DNA from: an uncultured Gemmatimonadales bacterium
Lineage (GTDB): Bacteria > Gemmatimonadota > Gemmatimonadetes > Gemmatimonadales > Gemmatimonadaceae
Length of the DNA stretch: 64,000 nt
NCBI GenBank assembly: GCA_963793305.1
Contig: CAWBZV010000003.1
Span: forward strand, 1,088,001 to 1,152,000
Direction: 5' to 3'
The position numbers and the translations under genes were made by a program. Under the pieces are notes generated by a model, which had not been told where the DNA came from, did no database searches, and worked only from the letters and a program-made list of their open reading frames with translations. Of this stretch, positions 9,600-19,764 are shown piece by piece; the first letter of the stretch is position 1; each line of letters begins with the position of its first letter.

Positions 9600-10415
9600 C
9601 GCGTGCGCGGCGAAGACGTCTGGATCCAAAGGCGGTCCGGCCGAAGTGCTGAGCTGATGCATCCAGAAATCGGGCCGCGGCGGTGTGGGTCCATCCCACC
9701 GTGCCGTGGGCCCATAGAGCAAGTACACGTCCCAGGCGTCCTGCCCGAGGCCGAGCACCGGGTCATACCCATGTACGAGTAGACTCGACGCATCCCAGAA
9801 ATGCGTCGCGCGTGAGTCCGGCACGAACTTCGTGGCCAGCGGGACGTCGGACTCGTGGCCTTGTTTCTTCGGCACCCACACGACGTAGGCGGCGAGACGG
9901 GGATCTGGTTGGCGGGCGAGCAGGACCTGCTCGACTTCGGATGCACCCCGAAGACACTCCCCTCAGGTGGGGGCGACGAGCATGATGACGCGAACCTTCC
10001 CGACGTTCGCGTTGAACGCGCTCCGGAACGGCTCGCCGTCAGCGGTAATCACGCGATACGGTGATGAGGGCCCACTCGGTGTACAGGCCATAACCCACAG
10101 CGTTGCCGCGGCAATCCAAGCGACGATGGCGACCCGGAGACTCACGCGGATCCATCGCCCGACCGCGGTCGGACACGCGGTACCGTTCGCGGGCCGTCGC
10201 GTGCGCCAGTAGCCGAAGCCCAGGACGCCCGCGGACAGGAGGAGCAGCGGCAGCCGAAATGGCGCCAATCCTGCCGCGGCGACCGCACCGCTCGCGCCAA
10301 GCAGCGCGATCGTGATGGGACCTGCGCAACAGAGCCCGGCGATCGCGGCGGTGACCGCGCCAGCCAGTCCGCCGACGGCCGCGCCGCCCGTGAGCCACTC
10401 GCGAGGATTACGCAT
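9567..10415 (-). CDS. Putative selenoprotein: MerT-like transporter fused to a thioredoxin-like domain (UxxC; UGA at 9965-9963)
   Basis: ORFs 9963-10415 and 9567-9881 share a frame and are joined by 27 open codons; reads GLCCAGP...VRVIMLVAPT-U-GEC; SECIS-like hairpin follows the UGA. Confidence 0.8.
9935..9965 (-). other. Putative bacterial SECIS element
   Basis: UGA-GGGGAGUGU-CUUCGG-GGUGCAU-CCGAAG: 6-bp stem, loop begins with G 16 nt after the UGA. Confidence 0.65.
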
Positions 10416-10710
10416 GCTCCGCCGCGCGTAGCGCCGCGAGTATCACCGGCGCGGTCGGCGTTCCCAACCGGCATCCGCTTCCGCCGGCTTCCAGCGTCCC
10501 ACCGCCGGCCACATCGCGCCCGTCGACCAGCACGGTCGGCGACGCGTATCGCTGCGCATATGGCGGAGCGCCGGACGCCGCGCGATCCCACTCGGTCCAC
10601 GTCATGGGACGCCCAGCGCGCGTCAGCGCCTCGCGCAACTGCGCTCTCGCGGCCTCGACGTGCGGGCACGTCGCGTCAAAGATCAATTCGACGTAAGATC
10701 GGGCAGTCAC
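10408..10710 (-). CDS. Thioredoxin-like mer-associated protein
   Basis: VELIFDATCPH...YASPTVLVDGRD...GCRL; overlaps merR and the downstream gene. Confidence 0.75.
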   Translation of the reverse strand: MTARSYVELIFDATCPHVEAARAQLREALTRAGRPMTWTEWDRAASGAPPYAQRYASPTVLVDGRDVAGGGTLEAGGSGCRLGTPTAPVILAALRAAEHA

Positions 10711-11050
10711 CGGTCCGTCCTTGGCGCCGACACTCGACCGTCAGCGCCGTGAGAATGCCGCGCATGCGCTCGAGCTCGGCGAGCTTGGTGTCGATGCGCG
10801 CAATGGCCTGCTCCGCCCGCGCCTGCACCTCGGGACACGCGGTATTCTCCAGCAACTCGGCGATGTCGCCGAGCGTGAACCCCAGCGCCTGCGCGTGCTT
10901 GATGAACCGGACGCGGCCGACCGCATCCGCGTCATATTCTCGGTATCCGGACGCTTGCCGCCGCGTGACAGGTATCAGGCCGCGGCGCTCATAGTACCGT
11001 AGCGTCTGGACGTTGACCGCGGCCTGCGCCGCGACTTGGCCGATGCGCAT
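10676..11050 (-). CDS. merR: Heavy-metal (Hg-type) MerR regulator
   Basis: MRIGQVA...TLRYYERRGL...GYREY...FIKHAQALGFTL; three Cys (AC, EC, DCPIL) in the Hg-MerR arrangement. Confidence 0.8.
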   Translation of the reverse strand: MRIGQVAAQAAVNVQTLRYYERRGLIPVTRRQASGYREYDADAVGRVRFIKHAQALGFTLGDIAELLENTACPEVQARAEQAIARIDTKLAELERMRGILTALTVECRRQGRTGDCPILRRIDL

Positions 11051-11055
11051 ACCCA

Positions 11056-11087
11056 AGTCTAAACCCTATACCCGGGTACAGAGTCAA
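11056..11087 (-). promoter_or_regulatory. MerR promoter-operator
   Basis: TTGACT-20 bp-TAGACT with dyad ACTCTGTAC-CCGG-GTATAGGGT; ATG 5 nt after the -10. Confidence 0.85.
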
Positions 11088-11217
11088 GGCGCAGGTTGCC
11101 CATACTGGCACATCCGGTAACAGTCCTGTTCGCGCGTTGACTGCCGCACGACCAATGGATAGCCTGCGCGCCCCTCTTATGCGGAGAGTACATGTTACTG
11201 AACAGCGGGGTGGCAAT

Positions 11218-12432
11218 ATGACTGCGCCTGTGCCCCCCTGGCAGGGGCACGTCTTCAGCTCCGGCGGCGGCAACCTCTTCTACTACCTGGTTCAGGATTC
11301 GGTCTTTCCCGGACCGGCGCTGCCGGGACGCGCGGCAAACGAGTATCTCATGCTCGTCGAACGCATCAATAGCGCCACCGGCCAGATTGGTATCACGACT
11401 GCCTGGAGCGACGATGGGTTGACGTCCCTCGAGATGTCCGATTGGGCGGTATTGACCGGCAGCACCAGCGAGAGCTTCATCGAACCGTGCGCCATCATCT
11501 TGCCGAATGGCAATATCCTGCTGTCCCTCACGCACATTGCACCGAGTGCCAGTCCGGTCAACCCGGGATCCATTCAGATTTGGATGTCCACCGACGGCGG
11601 ACGCTCGTGGGCCTTGCGCAACGAGATCACGCCACCCAGTCCGGGGCCCACGTCGCATAAGTACGGCGAGTCGTTCATGATCCGGATCAGGGGGCCGATC
11701 GGTGGTCCACCGAATCGCGTCATGATCTGCTTCTGGGACTTCGATCAGAGCGGGGCATCCGATACGGTGTATCGGACCGTGCATTCGGACGATCTGTTCA
11801 TGACGTACACAACGACTGTCGTCGCCACTCCCACGAGCGGCACGTCGTCGGCCGGCCGGATCTCCGACTCCGCGCGTGCGTGTATCTACGAAATCGCCGA
11901 GGGCCCACAAACGACTTCGGGGCCCGCACCTGGTCGCATCGGGATCGTATACACCCGACGGGTTGCTGGTACGCCCGGTGTGCCGGCGGAAATATGGGCG
12001 TACCAGCTCGACAACTCTGGCGTGCCGCTCGTAGGCGCTACCGCGGTGAAGCTCACGACAGTGCCTGAGCAGGCCGGGACGGGGACGGGCTTTCCACTTG
12101 TTGGATGCAACCCCGTTGTGCAGCGGCTGAGCACGGGTGAGTATGGCCTGTACTTCACGTCGTGCACCTTCGACGTGGGTGGAACTACGGGCACGCTCCA
12201 CTTCATGACCAGCCCACCTTCGGCTCTCGGTGACCCGACGAAGTTCGCCAACGACCTCGTGGTCAGCACTACCACAGTCAATGGCGGCGGCGGGTACGGC
12301 AGAGTGTGGCCGCTGCCGAAGACGAATGGCGACATCGCATTGATCGGGACGTTATCACCGCCGAATGCGCCGCCGGCGCCGGTGGGCAACACGACATCCC
12401 TGGCTACCGTGATTCACTACGGCGCGGCCTGA
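11218..12432 (+). CDS. Hypothetical sialidase/BNR-like beta-propeller protein
   Basis: Asp-box STDGGRSW and a second degenerate SDDLFMTY; beta-rich; no clear signal peptide. Confidence 0.6.
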   Translation: MTAPVPPWQGHVFSSGGGNLFYYLVQDSVFPGPALPGRAANEYLMLVERINSATGQIGITTAWSDDGLTSLEMSDWAVLTGSTSESFIEPCAIILPNGNILLSLTHIAPSASPVNPGSIQIWMSTDGGRSWALRNEITPPSPGPTSHKYGESFMIRIRGPIGGPPNRVMICFWDFDQSGASDTVYRTVHSDDLFMTYTTTVVATPTSGTSSAGRISDSARACIYEIAEGPQTTSGPAPGRIGIVYTRRVAGTPGVPAEIWAYQLDNSGVPLVGATAVKLTTVPEQAGTGTGFPLVGCNPVVQRLSTGEYGLYFTSCTFDVGGTTGTLHFMTSPPSALGDPTKFANDLVVSTTTVNGGGGYGRVWPLPKTNGDIALIGTLSPPNAPPAPVGNTTSLATVIHYGAA

Positions 12433-12457
12433 CTGCTGCATCGTTCGCCGGGTATGT

Positions 12458-14470
12458 TTGGCGAGCGAGATGACGATATCGTCTGCGTTTCGCGACGTGA
12501 TGTGGGCCGCCGCTGTGACGGTCCTCATCGCGTCGCCCGCGAATGCTCAGCTCTGTGAGCAGGCTGAGTATCGCGATCTGTGGTGCATGCGGCTCCTGCC
12601 CACGGCGGGGTTCGACTCCGTCGTAGCGCACGTCGCACTGAGCCGCACCCCGGGCCCGTTCACGGTGACGATGACCGCCGACGGCCGGACGGTCTACGCG
12701 CCGATCGCGACTATTCAGGGCTTGCCGCCGCACCACACGTACGTGGCGTGGGCGATGCCGCCGGCGACTGTCCCGCGCGAGCGGCTCGGGGTGGTCACGA
12801 ACGGGACGACACCGCTCCAACCGATCGCGATGGACCCGTTTGTGGTGCTGGTGACCGAGGAGCCAGGCGGACGCATCGTGCTCCAGGGACAGTCGCCGAG
12901 CTCTAGGCTACAGCCCGCCGATTTCTTGCGGTTTGCGCTCGGCGCGTCGAACGACTCCATGCCGATGCGCATGCCCATGGGAGATACGACGCAATGGACC
13001 ATGCTCCCCATGGTGCCGGGGCTTGCGATGCTGCCCTCGGAGATGGCGCTGCGTCCCACGATCGCGCCGCTGCTGCCGCGGGCCGATAACGCGCCAGTGG
13101 CGCAGCCGTGTCAGGTCATCCGCCTGAGCGACGGCGACACGCTGCATCTGACCGCCGGCATCGTACGTCGCCGCGTAGCCGGTCATGATGTGATCATGTA
13201 CGCATACAACGGCCAATACCCGGGGCCGCGCATCGCGGTGCACCAGGGTGACTCGATCGTCGTCGATTTCGCGAATCACCTGGACCAGCCGTCGAGCATC
13301 CACTGGCACGGCATCCGGCTCGACAATCGCTACGATGGCGTGGATCCCATTCCGCCCGGTGGACAGTTCGTCTATCACCTGAGATTCCCGGACGCTGGCG
13401 TCTATTGGTACCACCCGCATGTCCGCGAAGATATGGAGCAAAACCTGGGACTCTTCGGGAACATCGTCGTGGGTCCGCAGCACGACGAGTTCGCGATCCT
13501 GGACGACCTCCTCGTGAACGACAATGGCCTCGTCCCGTACGGTCGTGACGCGGCGACGCACGCGCTCATGGGCCGGTTCGGGAATATCCGTACCCGTCAC
13601 CGTTTTACAACAGTCAAGCGCGGCGAAGTAGTCCAGTTTGCATTCACGAACGTGTCCAATGCACGCGTGTTCAATCTGTCGTTTCCCGGCACGCGCCTGA
13701 AACTCATCGGGAGCGATGCGGGTGCCTACGAGCACGAGGAGTGGGTGCCGAGCGTGGTGATCGCGCCGGCCGAGCGATATATCGTGCAAGCGAGATTTGA
13801 GCACACGGCGCCGCTCGTAAGCCGGGTGCTCGGACTCGACCATCTGAATGGCCGATTTGTCCCCTTCGACGATACGCTCGGCGTTGTCCATGTGAGTACG
13901 ACTCGTGCGACGGGGACAAGCGACTTCGAGACGCTGCACAGCGGCCCAGATCTGTCGGCCTATCGCCGGTTCCTCGACCGGCCCGCCGACCGGACGCTCG
14001 ATCTCACGCTGGAAACGCACGATCTCCCCTTCGTGACGCGGCAGCTCATGCGCCTCGACTCGTCGTATTTCGCCCCGGTCGAGTGGGTGGGCAGCATGCC
14101 GAACATGAACTGGGCGTCGACGTCGGAGCAGGTCCGCTGGATCCTGCGCGACCCGGCAACGGGCCGGGAAAACATGGACATTGGCTGGACGTTCAAGCGG
14201 GACACGCTGATCAAGCTGCGCCTCGTCAACGACCGCGGCACGTTGCACGGGATGCAACATCCGATTCACGCGCATGGACAACGGTTTCTGGTACTAGCGG
14301 TGAACGGGGTCGCGAACCAAAATCTGGTGTGGAAGGACACGGTACTGGTGCCGGCCGGGGCGGTGGTCGACATTCTGTTGGACCTCAGCAACCCCGGTCG
14401 TTGGATGCTGCACTGTCACATCGCGGAGCACCTGACCGCTGGCATGATGACCTCTTACACTGTGGAGTGA
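12458..14470 (+). CDS. Secreted multicopper oxidase with N-terminal extension
   Basis: IHWHG, WYHPH, HPIHAHG, HCHIAEHLTAGM; Met-rich linker; start uncertain. Confidence 0.92.
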   Translation: MASEMTISSAFRDVMWAAAVTVLIASPANAQLCEQAEYRDLWCMRLLPTAGFDSVVAHVALSRTPGPFTVTMTADGRTVYAPIATIQGLPPHHTYVAWAMPPATVPRERLGVVTNGTTPLQPIAMDPFVVLVTEEPGGRIVLQGQSPSSRLQPADFLRFALGASNDSMPMRMPMGDTTQWTMLPMVPGLAMLPSEMALRPTIAPLLPRADNAPVAQPCQVIRLSDGDTLHLTAGIVRRRVAGHDVIMYAYNGQYPGPRIAVHQGDSIVVDFANHLDQPSSIHWHGIRLDNRYDGVDPIPPGGQFVYHLRFPDAGVYWYHPHVREDMEQNLGLFGNIVVGPQHDEFAILDDLLVNDNGLVPYGRDAATHALMGRFGNIRTRHRFTTVKRGEVVQFAFTNVSNARVFNLSFPGTRLKLIGSDAGAYEHEEWVPSVVIAPAERYIVQARFEHTAPLVSRVLGLDHLNGRFVPFDDTLGVVHVSTTRATGTSDFETLHSGPDLSAYRRFLDRPADRTLDLTLETHDLPFVTRQLMRLDSSYFAPVEWVGSMPNMNWASTSEQVRWILRDPATGRENMDIGWTFKRDTLIKLRLVNDRGTLHGMQHPIHAHGQRFLVLAVNGVANQNLVWKDTVLVPAGAVVDILLDLSNPGRWMLHCHIAEHLTAGMMTSYTVE

Positions 14471-14472
14471 AG

Positions 14473-15876
14473 ATGAGTAAGTGGGGACTGCTCAGTTTGG
14501 GACTCGCATCGAGCCTGGCGGCGCAGCAGCCGAATGGCGCGAAAGCATACGTGACGGTCGCAGACCCGGTGGTCGCGCTGACCAACGCGACCGTGATCGA
14601 TGGGACTGGCGCAGCCCCGGTGAAGAACGAGACCATCATCATCCAGGGCGGGAAGATCGCGCAGGTCGGCCCGGCGGCGAGCGTGCCAGTGCCCGCAGGG
14701 GCGAAGACGATGGACCTGCATGGCAGCACGGTGATCCCCGGCCTCGTCGGCATGCACGATCACCTGTTCTACTTCGCCGTTGGTGGCCGCGAGGTGATGG
14801 ACAGCTATTCGGGGCCGCGACTGTACTTGGGCTCGGGCGTGACGACTATCCGAACCGCGGGATCGATCTCGCCCTACGAAGACATCACCACAAAGCGCGA
14901 GATCGACGAGGGCAAAGCAGCCGGCCCTCGCATCTACATCACCGCCCCGTACATCACGGGCAACGGTGCGAATGGCGCCGGAATCATGGCCGTGCTCAAC
15001 ACGCCCGACCAGGCCAAGGAGTTCGTTGACTACTGGTCAACCCAAGGCGCGACCTGGCTCAAGGCCTATACGGACATTCACCGCGCCGAGCTCGGGGCCG
15101 CGATCCAGGAGGCACACAAGAAAGGCCTCAAGGTCACGGGACACCTGTGCTCGGTCACGTACCAGGAAGCGGTCGATCTCGGCATCGACAATCTCGAGCA
15201 CGGTTACGCGACCGCGACGGATTTTGACCCATCAAAGACGCCGGATGCCTGCCCGGCGGGCAGCCTCGCCACCGTGGCCAACGCCTCGCCGAATGCCGCG
15301 ACGGCCAAGGCGGTCTACAAGAAGATGATCGACCACAAAGTGTCGATGACCTCGACGCTCAACGTCTTCGAGATGCTGCTCCCCAACCGTCCGTACGATC
15401 CGCGGTTGCCGGACCTCATGTCGCCGGATCTGCGCACGCTATTCCTGCAGGTGCGCGCGCACATCGACTCTGGTGGCTCCTGGCCGTTCCACACCGAGGC
15501 CATCAAGAACGCAGAAGCGTTCGAGAAAGGATTTTATGACGCTGGCGGCTTCCTCGTGGCGGGCAGCGATCCGACCGGCATCGGCACACCGCCGGGCCTC
15601 GGCGATCAGCGCGAGTACGAACTGCTCGCCGAAGGGGGCTTCACGGCGCCGCAAATCGTGCAGATCATGTCGGCGAACGGCGCCAAGGTGCTCGGCGCGT
15701 ACGACAAGTTCGGGTCGATCGAGCGCGGGAAGTCCGCCGATCTCGTCGTCCTCGACGGTGACCTCAACTCGGATCCGACCGTGATCCACAAAGTCACGAC
15801 GGTCTTCAAAGAAGGCGTGGGCTACGACTCGGCCAAGTTGATTGCCGACTGCAAGGGGCATCTCGGGGTCAACTGA
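14473..15876 (+). CDS. Secreted amidohydrolase family protein
   Basis: PGLVGMHDH, GVTTIR, TGH, EHG, GSD, GSIERGKSADLVVL. Confidence 0.92.
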   Translation: MSKWGLLSLGLASSLAAQQPNGAKAYVTVADPVVALTNATVIDGTGAAPVKNETIIIQGGKIAQVGPAASVPVPAGAKTMDLHGSTVIPGLVGMHDHLFYFAVGGREVMDSYSGPRLYLGSGVTTIRTAGSISPYEDITTKREIDEGKAAGPRIYITAPYITGNGANGAGIMAVLNTPDQAKEFVDYWSTQGATWLKAYTDIHRAELGAAIQEAHKKGLKVTGHLCSVTYQEAVDLGIDNLEHGYATATDFDPSKTPDACPAGSLATVANASPNAATAKAVYKKMIDHKVSMTSTLNVFEMLLPNRPYDPRLPDLMSPDLRTLFLQVRAHIDSGGSWPFHTEAIKNAEAFEKGFYDAGGFLVAGSDPTGIGTPPGLGDQREYELLAEGGFTAPQIVQIMSANGAKVLGAYDKFGSIERGKSADLVVLDGDLNSDPTVIHKVTTVFKEGVGYDSAKLIADCKGHLGVN

Positions 15877-18800
15877 TCACTCCGCGCGCATGGCCGACAT
15901 CGGGTCCACTGCTGCCGCACGAAGCGACGGCAGCAGGGTGGCCAGGAGTCCCAATGCGATGAGCCCCAGGGTCGCGAGCAACCACGTAGGTGTGTCGAGT
16001 GGACTGAGTCCGTAGAGGTTGGCCGCGAGCACGCGAGTGACGAGCGCGCTCGCGGCCAATCCGCACACGACCCCGATGGCGATCAGCCGGAACCCGCCGT
16101 TCACGACCAACCCGATCGTGCGGGCGGGCGTGCTGCCGAGCGCTGTTCTGATGCCCAGTTCGCGCGTGCGCTGCGCGACCGCGTAGCTCAATACGCCGTG
16201 CAACCCCGCGCCCGCCAACACGACGGCGATGCCGGCGAAGAGCCCGATCGCGACCAGGAAAAATCGTTGGCGACGAACGCTGTCGAGAATGATGTCGGAC
16301 ATCGGCATGACGCGTGTCACGGCGGCCCGGGGATCGATGGAGTGGACCGCGGTGGCGACACTGCGGTTCACGCTCCGCGGATCTCCACGCACCCGCACCA
16401 TGATGTTGTAGACCGACTCTGAGCGGTACGGGATATAGAACTCGGCGCGTGGCTCAGTGATGGGCCCGGTGTTCCTGATGGTGCTGACGACGCCAACGAT
16501 GGTCGCGAGCGTGGAGTCAGTCGTGTACCACCGTTTGCCGATCGGGTTTTCGCCGGGGAAGTCGCGCTTCACCAAGGCCTCATTCACGACGACCACCCGC
16601 GGCTCTCCCTCCTGCACGTCGGCGTCGCGCAGCAATCGTCCCGCGAGAAGGCGCTGTTGAGTGACCCCGAAGAATCCGGGCGTCACGTCGCGGACTTCGA
16701 CGACCGGCAGGCGCGTGGGCACATCCTTCGGCCGGCCCTCGTACTGGGCGCCGGTATTGACGCCCCAGGTCCGAAACGGCAGCTCCGAGATAGCGCCGAC
16801 GGCGACGACGCCCGGCACACGGGCGATGGCGTCGATCGTCGGATTGAGAAAGCGTTGCACTGACGTGCCCGTCGTGTAGGTCACCGGCGAGATCGCGGTC
16901 TCGAGCGTCAGCACGTGCGTGGGATCGAACCCCGGGTCTTGCTGGAGCAGTCGCGAGAATGCCTTGAGGACGAGTCCCGCCGCGATGACGAGGATGAGTG
17001 ACAGTGCGACCTCGACGACCACGAGCGTACCGAACGCGCGCCGGGCACTCCGGCCCGCCCCTCCGCCACGCCCGCCGCGCAAGACATCCTGCGGGTCGAC
17101 CTGCGTGCCGCGCCAGGCCGGCAGTGCGCCGGCGAGCACCGCGATGAGCCCCGACAGCAGGAGCGCGAAGGGGATCGCGCGGACGCCGACGAACACGTTG
17201 GAGAGTTGCGGCAGGTCTTCCGACAGGTGCACGCCGGTGGCGCGAATGCCGATCCACGCGAGTCCGATGCCGAGCGCGACGCCCGACACCGCTAACGCGA
17301 GGCTCTCGACGAGGACCGGGCGCACGACGTCCCACCGGGACGCGCCGAGCGCGGCGCGGACGGCGTACTCCCGTTGGCGGTGAACGCCGCGGGCGAGGAG
17401 CAGGCAGATGACGTTGCTCGTCGCGACCAGGAGAACCAACGAGACGGCGCCGAGCAGCAGCAGGAGGGGTCCTCGGACGTGGGCGACATCATCGGCCTGC
17501 ATCGCCACGGCCCGCATCGATTCTTCGCGCCAGTCCGGATAGATCTTCGCGATCTCGGCGAAGCGCTCCGCCAACTCGCGATCAGCGTCGCGGACGGTCG
17601 CCCCGGGAGCGAGCCGCCCGAACGCGCAGAGGAAATGCCACCCACGCGATTGCAGCTCGGCTTGCGTGAAGACCAAAGGAATCCAGACATCGGCCTCGAG
17701 CCGGCGGTCCCCGTGGGGCAAGCGAAATTCCGGCGGGAGGACGCCCACCACGCTCCGCGACCGGCCGTCCAACACGATCGAGCGTCCGATGAGCGCGGTG
17801 TCGGCCCCGAACCGCGTCTGCCACAGCTCGTAGCTGAGGACGACGACAGGCGCGTCCGCCGCGGCGTCCGCACTGTCCAGCAGCCGGCCATGCGATGCGG
17901 ACACGCCCAGCGCCGAGAATGTGTTCCCACTGGCTCGCATGAGATTGAGACGCTCGGCCGCGTCGGGTAGGGTCACGAGCCCCGAGGTCTGGTCGACTGC
18001 CGCGAGATCGCGCAACTCGTGCAGCGATCGGCCGAGGTCCAGGAAGTTGGGCGGGGAGAGCGGGCTGGTATCGAAGCGGAGCGCCTTGCGATAGACGGTG
18101 ACCAGCTCGCGTGCGTGGGTGAACGGGAGCGGTTGGATCAGCGCTCGGTCGATCGCGCTGTAGACACCGGTCATGGCACCCGTGCCGAGTGCCAGGCAGA
18201 TGAGCGCGTAGACAGTGACACTCGGCGCCCGGATCAGTCCCCGCACGCCGCCGCGCACATTGGCGAGGGTGACCTTGGCGCGTGGCGGCGCCGCCGGTTC
18301 CTGCAGCGCGCGCACGACGTCCATGGCGGACCGTGGCCGGTGGGCCGGCTCCTTCGCCAGGCACTGGAGAAGCATCCGCTCGATGTCGGGTGGAACGTCA
18401 GACCGCCGGCGCGCGATGGGCTGGGGCGTTTCCGTCAGGTGCGCGGTCATGAGCTTCCGCACCGTCGGACCGGCAAACGGCGGCGCGCCCACCAGCATCT
18501 CGTATCCGACGACGCCGAGCGCATAGAGGTCCGTCCGCGGGTCGACCTCGTCGCCCGCGATCTGTTCCGGCGCCATGTAGGTCGGCGTGCCGAGGGATGT
18601 GCCTTCGCTCGTCATCGGCGCGCGGGTGCGCGATTTCGCGACGCCGAAGTCGGTGACGACGGCCGAGTGCGCGGTGAGCAGGATGTTATCGGGCTTGATA
18701 TCGCGATGGACGACGCCGCGCTCGTGCGCGAACGCGAGTGCCCGCGCGACGTTCGATCAAGATGCTCACGGCCTCGCGGATCGAGAGCGGGCCACGCGCC

Positions 18801-19090
18801 AGTCGCTGCCGCAGCGACTCGCCCTCGACGTAGGGCATGACGAAGTACGGCAATCCATTGAGCTCGCCGGCCGAGAGCACCGGGACGATCTGCGGGTGCG
18901 TGAAGGTCGCGACCAGCGCGATCTCGCCTCGAAAGCGTTCGAGCGCGTCCGGGGTCGCCATCTCTTTCGGCAGGACCTTGATAACGACCGATCGGCCGAG
19001 TGACTCATCCTTGGCGAGAAAGACGGCGGACATCCCGCCGCCTTCCATCTGCCGCACGACTCGGTACCGCCCTTCGATAAGTTGATCCAT
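15877..19090 (-). CDS. Ser/Thr protein kinase fused to a duplicated MacB/FtsX (ADOP-type) permease; +1 frameshift near 18752
   Basis: GGGMSAVF, VVIK, then HRDIKPDN, DFG, YMAPEQ continuing in frame into permease motifs (REYAVRAALGA, RELGIRTALG). Confidence 0.85.
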
Positions 19091-19114
19091 GTCCGATGTG
19101 ACAGCCGAGCGCTG

Positions 19115-19390
19115 CTAGGGGTTTAGTCGGTACTCTCCCACGACCTTCGCGTCGACCGTCTTCGGAGTTTCAAGGCATTGGGCGTTGATGCCGGTCCGAA
19201 ACTCGCGATGGGACTCCAACGTTGTGATTTCCCCATCGGCAACATGGATAAAAGTCCCGTCGGGCAGGGCGAGAACGAGATAGCGAGTGCCAATCGGTCG
19301 CTTGGCGTCCAGCTCCCGAAACACTTCGGTAATGAGTCGTTCATTCTCGGCCACGTGCTCGGGTTGAACCTGATAGCGAATCACCTTCAT
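19115..19390 (-). CDS. Small hypothetical protein (dimeric alpha/beta-barrel-like)
   Basis: MKVIRYQVQPEHVAENERLI...DGTFIHV; divergent from a sigma-factor relic. Confidence 0.6.
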   Translation of the reverse strand: MKVIRYQVQPEHVAENERLITEVFRELDAKRPIGTRYLVLALPDGTFIHVADGEITTLESHREFRTGINAQCLETPKTVDAKVVGEYRLNP

Positions 19391-19435
19391 AGCGGGAACC
19401 ACATGAAAGCACTCCATGGTTAATTGCTTACTCTC

Positions 19436-19621
19436 ATGTCGGAACAGAACCTCGAAAGGATACTTCGGGACCTCCGGCCCAAGCTGCACCGCTTCTGCTC
19501 CCGCATGGTGGGCTCGGTGCTCGACGGCGAGGATCTCGTGCGGGAGACGCTCATCGCGGCTTTCCTGCCGGCGCGCCACGCCAGTCGGGTCGATCCCGCC
19601 CGGGCGCTGCAGTCTGAGTAA
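19436..19621 (+). pseudogene. Chimeric relic: ECF sigma N-terminus joined to an ABC-permease C-terminal tail
   Basis: LRPKLHRFCSRMVGSVLDGEDLVRETL (sigma region 2) followed by AAFLPARHASRVDPARALQSE* (FtsX permease tail). Confidence 0.75.
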
Positions 19622-19764
19622 GAGACCGGCCCGCTTCGCGTTCCGCCTTTTCCCGATGCTCCTTCGCTCGGCGCCTGAGCATAATGGCCACGCACCCGAA
19701 TCCGCCCATGACGCCGACCGCCTGGCCAATGAGTGCGCAAATCATGAGAGCTGTTCTTGTCATT

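Noticed and set aside
19551..19763. 70-aa ORF with one hydrophobic helix downstream of the 4-TM gene
   Set aside because: Possibly real, but it runs antisense into the chimeric relic and has no other support
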